From: an uncultured Clostridiaceae bacterium
GTDB lineage: Bacteria; Bacillota_I; Bacilli_A; RFN20; CAG-288
Reading direction: 5' to 3'
DNA length: 64,000 nucleotides
NCBI GenBank assembly: GCA_964427595.1
Contig: CAYRUQ010000002.1
Coordinates: forward strand, 1,149-65,148
In this document: positions 8,882-17,130 of the stretch, in pieces
How the letters are laid out: the number at the start of each line of letters is the position of its first letter
How positions within the stretch are numbered: the first letter of the stretch is position 1
Notes under the pieces: generated by a model
The model's input: only the letters and a program-made list of their open reading frames with translations
What the model was told of the DNA's origin: nothing
Databases searched by the model: none
Translations under genes and position numbers: made by a program

Positions 8882-10279
8882 ATGATGGCTTTGATTGTTG
8901 AGATTTTCGGCACCTCATTTGGAACACAAATAGTCATCTCATTCAGCGGTGTATTCGAACTGTTTTTCTGTTCTATTCTTTTCAATTTGAAAACGAGAAA
9001 GAGAGATAACTATTTCTTATGGTTATTCTTCTGTTTCTGTCTATGTATCGCTAGCGGATTCATCTTAGCTTTCTTACGCTACCTCACTGGAGATAATTTC
9101 ATTGCCAAAACTATCGTCCACTCTCTTATCACGATCCTTGTCATGACTCTTCAAGTATTCATCCTTTATGACAAGACTACTTATCAAAAACTTTTAACCC
9201 TCTGTGCTTCTTATGCGACTTATATGTTGACAGGAAGGCTGATATCGCTTCTTTTAAACGCCTTTGGCGTCGATGATAAATTATCGATCTCTTTCTTTTC
9301 TGATTACAACGAAGTAAGAGATTGGGCGATTTATATCATCTTGCACCTTGTTTTATACTTCATCCTCGGTTTTATCTTCTATCATCGTGATGACATCATC
9401 GAAACTCCAAGGTCAAAAAGAAACACGCTTCTATTAACCATACCATCTGTATTACTCTCATCTTTTCTCTTCTCACTTTCAGACCCATATCAATCTGAAA
9501 GCTGGATGTTAACAATCCTCCTTAAATTCTTCTCTTGTATTATCTGTATTTTGATTTTGGTTTTACGCTCAGGCATTTTAAGAGAGAGCAAAGGGGAAGA
9601 AGAGAAAGTCGTCTTAGCAGAACTTTTTAAACAAGAGAAAGCACAGTTTGATAATCTCCGTTTATCAACAGAAGCGATCAATGCGAAGTTTCATGATATC
9701 AGACATCAATTAAATTCGATGAGCAGTAAACTGACTGAAGAAGAAAAGATAGCTTTCAGACAAGCTACCGATATGTATGACAGCACGATTAATACTGGAA
9801 ATGATGTTTTAAATGCGGTCTTGTATGAAAAACAGCTGATTGCCAAAAAAGAAAACATCAGACTGAGTGCACTTTGTGATGGAAAACTACTCTCCTTCAT
9901 GGAAGAGACCGAAATCTATTCTCTGATCGCTAACGCCTTGAACAACGCTTTTGAAGCTGTCCGTTCTCTTCCAAAAGATAAAAGAATCGTCGATATCACA
10001 CTAAGAAACGATAAAGGTCTCACTATTTTAAATGTCACCAATTACTATCAAGGAAATGTGACTTTATCTGATGAAGGACTTCCTATCAGCAGCAAAAAAG
10101 ACGGAGCAAACCATGGCTATGGTTCAAAAAGCATCCGTCTTATCGCTCAGCGTTACAAAGGTACTTTGTCTTATTCGATTGATGAAGAGATTTTCTCTCT
10201 CAGCGTATCTTTTAGCTTAGATGCTAAAGGGTTGGATTTTCAATCTTCATCGCAAACAGAGGAAAGTCATCGTAGATAG
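8882..10279 (+). CDS. HPK10 (AgrC/ComD-like) sensor histidine kinase, 6-7 TM
   Basis: Polytopic N-terminal sensor, H-box FHDIRHQLN, GHKL ATPase N-box ANALNNAFEAV and G-box GYGSKSI. Confidence 0.8.
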   Translation: MMALIVEIFGTSFGTQIVISFSGVFELFFCSILFNLKTRKRDNYFLWLFFCFCLCIASGFILAFLRYLTGDNFIAKTIVHSLITILVMTLQVFILYDKTTYQKLLTLCASYATYMLTGRLISLLLNAFGVDDKLSISFFSDYNEVRDWAIYIILHLVLYFILGFIFYHRDDIIETPRSKRNTLLLTIPSVLLSSFLFSLSDPYQSESWMLTILLKFFSCIICILILVLRSGILRESKGEEEKVVLAELFKQEKAQFDNLRLSTEAINAKFHDIRHQLNSMSSKLTEEEKIAFRQATDMYDSTINTGNDVLNAVLYEKQLIAKKENIRLSALCDGKLLSFMEETEIYSLIANALNNAFEAVRSLPKDKRIVDITLRNDKGLTILNVTNYYQGNVTLSDEGLPISSKKDGANHGYGSKSIRLIAQRYKGTLSYSIDEEIFSLSVSFSLDAKGLDFQSSSQTEESHRR

Positions 10280-11561
10280 AAAGAGCATAGAAAGGTCTAT
10301 CACAATCAAAGGTGATAGGATCTTCTGTATCAGGCATTGCTGATTCAGAACCAACTATAACAGTGACGCTCTCTCCTTTAACACCTGTGCGATCAAATTC
10401 AAACTTGCTATTTTGGCTCGCACTTAAAACAGAAAGTTCTCTCTCAACGTCATCAGCTAAGATCTTATCGCATAAAATCGGATTACCAGTGATCTGTTCT
10501 AAAAGAGAATCAGTGATATCAAAACTGCTTTCAACTGAGAAGAAAGGAATTTTACCTTGGACGAAATAGTAATCTCTATTCTCATAGAAATCTTGATAAA
10601 CATCAGTTAAATCGATATCAGTGAGCTCATATCCTTCATCAGGTAAGATGAAAAGGAGCTTCGTCTTTCTGATGTTTCTTAACAAAGCTGCGTAATTCTC
10701 TCCTTTGTAATAATAGTAATAACCATCAAGAGAAGAAAACTCGCATTCAACTGTCTCATTATCATTCAAATAGAAAGTGCTCGTAAAACTGGTCAATTCT
10801 TGAGAAAAACTATCCTTTAAAACTAAAGCACCAGCTAACACGATGGCATTAGTTAAATATTCAGGATAAGCAGGAACATCGATAGTCAAACCGATCAATT
10901 CTTCATAGATGGTTTGTAAATCCTGATGAGCATCTTCATAAGAGCTTTTAGCAAACATGATGTTGACATCGTCAAAGTCTTTGATTTTCGTCTTGTCAAT
11001 CTTGTATTTATCACCGACTTGCTGAATGACTGCTAATGATTTCAGATATGAAAGAGAATCATGCTCTTCATCACTCCAGTTGAGTCCATCAAGCAAAGCG
11101 ACTAACTCTTCTTTGACAGCTGAAGCTGTATAACCCATATTAGAAGCGAATTCTTCAATATCAGAACTGACTGCTAACTGAGCACCAACAGCGATAGCAA
11201 GAGAAGCTGGAGAGACGACTTGATTTCCTTCTTCTTCATTTAAATAAGGAGCTAATAAGTCTAAAGAAAAAGTGGCGATATTATTTAAAGATATCTCATC
11301 TAAATCGATACTCGTAACTGTCTGATTGAAAGAATAGTTGTTATTGTTTAAAAGAATCGAAGATAAACCGCTAGAAGTGAGAGATAGTGACACTCCAACA
11401 GAACCACCTATCACAACAACAGAAGCAAGAGAGATAATCAAAGGAAGTTTGATATTTCTTTTACTTTTAGTCAATGTGACATCAGAAGAAATAAAACTCA
11501 TATCAGAAGAGACAGGAAGAGAATCTTCATACTCTTTTTTAATCTCGTTTTTCAAGTTCAT
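10224..11561 (-). CDS. Membrane-anchored serpin-domain protein in the anti-sigma position (short cytoplasmic N-terminus, 1 TM, extracytoplasmic serpin fold)
   Basis: About 38 cytoplasmic residues with a KSKRNIK positive cluster, then TM LIISLASVVVIGGSVGVSLSL. Serpin helix-B-like NQVVSPASLAIAVGAQLA, hinge-like FDRTGVKGESVTVIV and strong C-terminal signature FDCDRPFYALSIYDDFPLFAMKIENP. Start codon overlaps the ECF sigma stop (ATGA). Confidence 0.75.
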   Translation of the reverse strand: MNLKNEIKKEYEDSLPVSSDMSFISSDVTLTKSKRNIKLPLIISLASVVVIGGSVGVSLSLTSSGLSSILLNNNNYSFNQTVTSIDLDEISLNNIATFSLDLLAPYLNEEEGNQVVSPASLAIAVGAQLAVSSDIEEFASNMGYTASAVKEELVALLDGLNWSDEEHDSLSYLKSLAVIQQVGDKYKIDKTKIKDFDDVNIMFAKSSYEDAHQDLQTIYEELIGLTIDVPAYPEYLTNAIVLAGALVLKDSFSQELTSFTSTFYLNDNETVECEFSSLDGYYYYYKGENYAALLRNIRKTKLLFILPDEGYELTDIDLTDVYQDFYENRDYYFVQGKIPFFSVESSFDITDSLLEQITGNPILCDKILADDVERELSVLSASQNSKFEFDRTGVKGESVTVIVGSESAMPDTEDPITFDCDRPFYALSIYDDFPLFAMKIENPTL

Positions 11562-12064
11562 AAATAACCTCCTATCAGGTCTTTTACTTTCTTTTTTATG
11601 CGATGGAATTTAGGTATAACTTGAGAGACGCTTTGAGAAGTAATAGAAGCAATGTCTTTAAAGGAAAGCTCGTAATAAATACGAAAAATGAAGATATCAT
11701 ACTCCTCAGAAGTGAGATTACTTCTTATCTTGTTAAGAAGAAGAGATGAAGAAGCTAGCTCAGCAGGTGATTCATCCTTACTTACGACTTCAATCTCTTC
11801 ATCAAGATGAATTGTTCTAGAGAGCTTTTTCTTTCTATCAAGAGCTTTGTTTCTTGTTATTGAACAAAGCCAAGAGATGAAAGAATCACCATGAAAAGAA
11901 GAAGCGTTTTTTAACGCATCAAGAAAAGCTTCTTGAGCGACATCCTCAGCTTCATCTTGTCTTTTTAAGATGTTGTAAGCGACATGTTTCAAGAGGCGGA
12001 AGTACTTCTCATAAACAGATCTGACCTCTTTTTCATCCCACTTTCTGAATTTTTGAAGGTTCAT
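11558..12064 (-). CDS. ECF-family RNA polymerase sigma-70 factor
   Basis: 168 aa; region 2 (DVAQEAFLDALKN...FISWLCSITRNKALDRKKK) and region 4 (LSFKDIASITSQSVSQVIPKFHRIKKKV); AAAGGAAA Shine-Dalgarno. Confidence 0.85.
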   Translation of the reverse strand: MNLQKFRKWDEKEVRSVYEKYFRLLKHVAYNILKRQDEAEDVAQEAFLDALKNASSFHGDSFISWLCSITRNKALDRKKKLSRTIHLDEEIEVVSKDESPAELASSSLLLNKIRSNLTSEEYDIFIFRIYYELSFKDIASITSQSVSQVIPKFHRIKKKVKDLIGGYL

Positions 12065-12159
12065 AGATTTCCTTTCATCTATAAAACATTTATCAAATTA
12101 AAAATATTCGTTTCTTTCAACAATTTTTCTGTTTTTATTTTAAGCAAAAGGCTGAAAAG

Positions 12160-12204
12160 TAAAAACAAAATAAAAACCGCACCCAACGTCGGGTGCGGGA
12201 GTTA
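12160..12204 (-). terminator. Rho-independent terminator ending the lipoprotein-GH3-membrane protein operon
   Basis: Perfect hairpin CCGCACCC-aacgtc-GGGTGCGG (12183-12204), followed on the minus strand by TTTTTATTTTGTTTTT. Confidence 0.6.
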
Positions 12205-12217
12205 CAAAGAGGTTTTA

Positions 12218-12652
12218 TCACTCTTCTTCAGGTATCTGTTTGAAGAATAGAGCTACCAGTTGAGTTAAGGTTCCGATGAGAATCAAGATGAACATTGATA
12301 GATAAATGGCTAGTGAACCACCAAACCAGTTGACACCAGTTGCGACATCGGCTAACGGATAAGCGACTAGATAGAGTTGACGACCGAGAGCGAAAGCGTA
12401 ACAAACAAGTGAGATGAATGGAATGATTCTGTCGACTAGTTTGATGTCATAGAAGAGTGTGGAAAGAGTGAGAAGTGAGCCGATAAGCATCAAAACGAAA
12501 GCGAGAGTTCTCGAATAATCGGTGATTTTTAATGAGCCTGGATCAATAGCGATATAACAGATTGACAAGAGCAGGAAGAAGGCTGCGACACCTAAAGAGA
12601 TATAGTTTCCAATCGTTCTCTTTCTGAAAATTGAATTTTTAATGTGATTCAT
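12218..12652 (-). CDS. Small 4-TM membrane protein of unknown function
   Basis: Four hydrophobic helices; ATG at 12652 with AGAGGG Shine-Dalgarno 3 nt after the GH3 stop (ORF-track start at 12658 is TTG). Confidence 0.5.
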   Translation of the reverse strand: MNHIKNSIFRKRTIGNYISLGVAAFFLLLSICYIAIDPGSLKITDYSRTLAFVLMLIGSLLTLSTLFYDIKLVDRIIPFISLVCYAFALGRQLYLVAYPLADVATGVNWFGGSLAIYLSMFILILIGTLTQLVALFFKQIPEEE

Positions 12653-12654
12653 CT

Positions 12655-15588
12655 TCAAGCCCTCTTCTTTCTCTCTTGGACATAGCTGATGATGGTTAAG
12701 ACGACTAAGGCGACACTACCTGCTCCAAGAACACCGATGATCGAGTAGATAGTGACTTCCCACCAAGGTGTATCTTCTGTGATGACATCATCTTCAGTGA
12801 TATCAGCCATGACGAAGTTTCTGACTAACATATAGAAATAGTGTTTGGCGATCTCCCGACTTCTTGACCAGAGATAACCGTCTCTTTCGGAGATGAGATA
12901 ATTCTTCATATCAGTAGTACCACGAGTCTCGTCGTTGTTGAATTGATCGATACCAGCAGCGATAGATTCAGCTGTATATAGATAATGGGTAGAACCTTTA
13001 GAGGAATCAGTCATAGCGACTCCCTTAAATCCCCACTCATCTCTTAAGACAGTCGTCATCGTCGCATAATGCATCGAGACAGTAGTCAAACCGACTCTCG
13101 CATTAGAAGTCATCGTTCCTAAACTTCCACCTTTAGTGAAGCTTCCTTCAAAGGCTTTTAATGGACCTTGACGATAAGCTTGTTCAGTCATCAAAGTTGC
13201 ACTTCCGTTTCTCCAAGCTTCCTGATCATTAGCACAGAAATGCTTCACATAAGTAGTGAGACCTTTATCAGTAGCAGCTTTAGTTTGAACAGCACCAGCG
13301 ATATAAGACATCGTCGTATCTTCGGAATAATATTCGAAGTTTCTGCCTCCATAAGGAGTACGATGCATATTGGCACCAAAACCATAGACGCCTGATTGAC
13401 CACAAGCCATACCATCTTCAGCCATGAAGAGACCTCTTGCTTCTAAAAGTTCAACATTCCAAGTCGAGCAAGCTAGATTCTCACAAACATGGGAGAAGCC
13501 AGCATTAGATTGAATACCATCAGGGCCATCAGCACTGGTGATGCTGGGGGCACCGACTTTGGTATAAGCGGGCATACCGAAAGCTTCACCAGAAAGAGAT
13601 GCTAATTCAGAAGGAGTGAGCTGATCGATAAAAGCATCCCAGGCTTCATCATCGTCATAATCAACATCTTTCATCTCAGCTAAGACGATAGGATCTTCTT
13701 CTCCATTCTCATCATAGTAAGTGACTGAATAATTGAAATCAGTGTAAGAAGGAGCATCATCAGGCGTCTCATAAGAATGTCCATCCAGAAGCTCTAACAT
13801 CTCATCTGTCGCAGTGATGTCATCAATTCTAGAAGGATAAGTATTCCAATCATCTCTGGTTAAGTAAGTGACAGCATCTTCGATATAGGTATTGAGATCT
13901 AAGTCATCGAATTGATTAGAGACGATTTCACCTGTCTCTGCGCTTCTTGCATGAGTGGTGTTATCAAGCGCATCTAAAGTGATAGTCTCAACTTGATTCT
14001 TATCACCGGAGACACTGTTTCCTTCAGCGTCGAATAAACCGGTGTAATTCTGACTAGCTAAGACATTGTTTAAAGCATCATGAGCATCTTTTCCGATAGC
14101 AAAAGCATAATCACCTTCATCAAAGACATAGCAACCAGTCAAAGAAGTATCAGCTCCATTGACTGCATTTTCATCATAGGTGGCAAAAAGATAATCATCG
14201 ACAGTGATGGTGACATCAGTCTCTTCACCGGGTTCTAATTCTTCCGTCTTAGCAAAGCCGATGAGTTGAATCGCACTCTTTTCAGATTGACCGGATTCAT
14301 AAGGAAGAGAGACGTAAAGTTCAACAACATCTTTTGAAGCACCTTTATAAGTGTTTCCTTCATCAACTCCAAGATTTTTTACATGAACAGTAGCTGTGAC
14401 AGTAGAGTTTTCTCTATCCCATTCAAGTGAAGTTAAAGTCTCTTCAAACTCGGCATAAGACTCACCATGACCGAAGGTATAAACCATCTCATCAGCGTAA
14501 TCCCATGAGTTATTATCAGAAGCATAAACACCTTTAGAAGAAGTGGCGTTATTGATACCTTTGACTTGATCAGCATATCTTGTCTCGTAATATTTGTATC
14601 CGATATAGATACCTTCCGCATAGACGAGATAGTGGTCTTGACTCATAGTTGAAACATTACTGAAAGAAAAGTTACCGTAGTTTCTCATCGCTGGACTTGA
14701 AAGAGAATCAGTAGCATAGGTATCAACAAGTCTTCCGCTAGGATCCGCATCACCTGCTAAGATGTTAGCGACTCCATCAAAACCGGTATAACCTGGATAA
14801 CCGATCCACAAACATGCATCGACTCCTAAATCTTCTAACTCACCGATATCCATCGTGGTACCGGTGTTTAAAAGAACGATAATCTTCTTGAATTGACCAG
14901 ATTCTTTTGCCAGTTTGATGACTTCTCTTTCTTCATCATGAAGTGAGAGCATCGGGACACCATCAACATCGATAGGATCTCCGTTTTCATCAGTCTCAAT
15001 AGCAGTATTAGAATCACCACCGGCCGCATAGTCTTGTTGTTCACCAGAATAACGACCAAGGGTGATAATAGCGGCATCTCCATATTGAGAGAAAGTATTA
15101 GCGTAACTGTTATAGAAAGAACCAGGGACTTCGCCGATATCACCTCTAGCTCTCGATTCATTAGAATCCGCTAAAGCATTAAAGACAGTTTGATTGATAG
15201 TGAAACCCTTAGCTGTCAAAGCTTCATAGAGATTGATGGCGTCATCATCAGTAGTTGCACTACCACCTGATCCACCTCTGAATATGTTATCAGCGGAAGT
15301 TCTTCCAAGAAGAGTGACCTTATCTGAAGAACTTAAAGGAAGAGCGTTGTTGTTATTAAAGAGAAGAACTGATCCTTCTTCCTGAGTTTGAATCTCATTT
15401 TCTCTTTCCGCTTCTCTCATCTCTTCAACAGAGTCATAATCACTCTGACCAAAATTGCTACTAGAAGTGATGCCTAAGAAGATATTTAATTGGCCAGCGT
15501 TATCAAATGCGAGATTGGCTCCAAAGATACTTAAAGCGAGAAGGGTCAGTGCGACTGCACTACCTCCTCTTAATTTTCTCGTATTCAT
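12655..15588 (-). CDS. Exported glycoside hydrolase family 3 (beta-glucosidase/xylosidase-like) with C-terminal TM anchor
   Basis: N-terminal signal peptide; GH3 motifs KHFCANDQE and GFKGVAMTDS (nucleophile Asp); C-terminal hydrophobic helix followed by the basic tail ERKKRA. Confidence 0.85.
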   Translation of the reverse strand: MNTRKLRGGSAVALTLLALSIFGANLAFDNAGQLNIFLGITSSSNFGQSDYDSVEEMREAERENEIQTQEEGSVLLFNNNNALPLSSSDKVTLLGRTSADNIFRGGSGGSATTDDDAINLYEALTAKGFTINQTVFNALADSNESRARGDIGEVPGSFYNSYANTFSQYGDAAIITLGRYSGEQQDYAAGGDSNTAIETDENGDPIDVDGVPMLSLHDEEREVIKLAKESGQFKKIIVLLNTGTTMDIGELEDLGVDACLWIGYPGYTGFDGVANILAGDADPSGRLVDTYATDSLSSPAMRNYGNFSFSNVSTMSQDHYLVYAEGIYIGYKYYETRYADQVKGINNATSSKGVYASDNNSWDYADEMVYTFGHGESYAEFEETLTSLEWDRENSTVTATVHVKNLGVDEGNTYKGASKDVVELYVSLPYESGQSEKSAIQLIGFAKTEELEPGEETDVTITVDDYLFATYDENAVNGADTSLTGCYVFDEGDYAFAIGKDAHDALNNVLASQNYTGLFDAEGNSVSGDKNQVETITLDALDNTTHARSAETGEIVSNQFDDLDLNTYIEDAVTYLTRDDWNTYPSRIDDITATDEMLELLDGHSYETPDDAPSYTDFNYSVTYYDENGEEDPIVLAEMKDVDYDDDEAWDAFIDQLTPSELASLSGEAFGMPAYTKVGAPSITSADGPDGIQSNAGFSHVCENLACSTWNVELLEARGLFMAEDGMACGQSGVYGFGANMHRTPYGGRNFEYYSEDTTMSYIAGAVQTKAATDKGLTTYVKHFCANDQEAWRNGSATLMTEQAYRQGPLKAFEGSFTKGGSLGTMTSNARVGLTTVSMHYATMTTVLRDEWGFKGVAMTDSSKGSTHYLYTAESIAAGIDQFNNDETRGTTDMKNYLISERDGYLWSRSREIAKHYFYMLVRNFVMADITEDDVITEDTPWWEVTIYSIIGVLGAGSVALVVLTIISYVQERKKRA

Positions 15589-15607
15589 AATCTACCCTCT
15601 TTTTAAA

Positions 15608-16789
15608 TTAGACAAGGATAGGATCGACTAAATCAGCGATGTAACTGAAGGAATGAGTAGACTCAGTTAAGATGACATCAGTAGAATCAAAAGCAACAGA
15701 AGCTAAGTATTCAGAACCGCTAGTGATCGAACTCTTCTCACTCATCTCATCAGTCCAATTATCAGTATCAAGATAATACTGAGAATCATAGGCGATGACG
15801 CTAGCACTAGGTGCGACTAAGCTTAAATCAGTCAAAGTTTCATCTAAATCATTGGTGGCAGCAGAATAATCACCAGTGAATTTTTGAGTGTAGTTGACTC
15901 TCTCATTACCAGTAGCATCACTTCCTTCTTCAGGAAGAATCAATGCTGAGAATTGAGAAGAATAGATGTTGAACGAATAAGTGTTGTCTTCATATAAGAG
16001 GATTTGTTGTTGAGTGAAGTAAGTGATGTAGTAGTTATAAGCAGGTCTAGAGTTCATATAACCGAAATTAGAAGGAGATAAATATGCTCCGACTAAACCT
16101 TCAGTATCAGTGGAGAGAGTGACAGTAGGATCACTTTCATCTTCCCCTCTTAATTCGAAGTAATCAAAAGAATAGTTAGTCTTGCTGACTAAGATGGTCT
16201 TCTCACTGAAAGCTTTGCTAGCTAAATAAGTAGAAGCGGTGTAAGTGGTGGTGTCAGTGGAGACCGAAGCAGCCATATCATCATCCCACTGAGCAGTGTC
16301 GATAAAGTAAGTGGAGTCATAATTTTCAACAAGTCTATAAGGAACAGATAAAGTGACGTCGAGTGAATCTTCATCAAGATCATTAGTCACAGCTTCATAA
16401 GTTCCATAATAGATCTCGACACTATTCTCTCTTTCATTTGCAGTTCCATCAGAGGAATCTTCAGGAAGAATGACCGCCGAAAAGCAAGAAGAGGAATGAT
16501 AAAGGGCATAGGTGTTGTTGTCATAAAGTTCGAGCGTCTCATAAGCGAAAGTGGTGAGGTAATAATTATAGGTGGGACGGAAGTTAGAATAGCTCATGAC
16601 AGCTGGAGAGGAATAAGCACCGACTAAAGTTTTAGAAGTGGTAATTGTAGTAGAACTGCTAGTACTTTCAGTGATTTGTGAGCCATCAGTGCTAGTTAAA
16701 GAGGAATCACTAGTACTGGAGCAAGCGCTGAGGAAAGTAGTGATACCTAAGAGAGCGATTAAGGTTAAAAGTTTACCTTGTTTTTTCAT
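15608..16789 (-). CDS. Lipoprotein with two tandem ~170-aa repeat domains
   Basis: Lipobox LSAC after the signal peptide; internal duplication (LVGAYSSP...NFRPTYNYYLT vs LVGAYLSP...NSRPAYNYYIT); strong AAGGAGG Shine-Dalgarno. Confidence 0.7.
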   Translation of the reverse strand: MKKQGKLLTLIALLGITTFLSACSSTSDSSLTSTDGSQITESTSSSTTITTSKTLVGAYSSPAVMSYSNFRPTYNYYLTTFAYETLELYDNNTYALYHSSSCFSAVILPEDSSDGTANERENSVEIYYGTYEAVTNDLDEDSLDVTLSVPYRLVENYDSTYFIDTAQWDDDMAASVSTDTTTYTASTYLASKAFSEKTILVSKTNYSFDYFELRGEDESDPTVTLSTDTEGLVGAYLSPSNFGYMNSRPAYNYYITYFTQQQILLYEDNTYSFNIYSSQFSALILPEEGSDATGNERVNYTQKFTGDYSAATNDLDETLTDLSLVAPSASVIAYDSQYYLDTDNWTDEMSEKSSITSGSEYLASVAFDSTDVILTESTHSFSYIADLVDPILV

Positions 16790-17130
16790 TTTGACCTCCT
16801 TGTGTAAACGCTACCAAAGTAAATGAAGGTCATCAAAAACACCAACCCAAACAGCAAAAACTAAGGAAAAATCGACGTAAACTACAAGATATTGCTTGTG
16901 TCAACAACTCTTGATGAAAAGGCTTTTACAAAAAAATGAGCACTTTGATAAGAACTCAAAAAACAATCTACTCTTCACATTCAGAGAAAGATGAGACCAT
17001 TTTCTGCAATTTTTTGGAAGAAATTGTGCATTTATTTTTGCGGTGATATGTTGAAGAAATTATAATTAAATTGTCGTTAAACCTTGTAACAAACGACAGA
17101 CAGGTTCATACCTGAGAAAGAAAAGACCAA

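Noticed and set aside
7882-12217. Mobile genomic island integrated at tRNA-Leu
   Set aside because: The signalling locus abuts a tRNA, but there is no integrase, transposase, direct repeat of the tRNA 3' end or compositional shift that I can see. The tRNA adjacency is therefore noted only as context.
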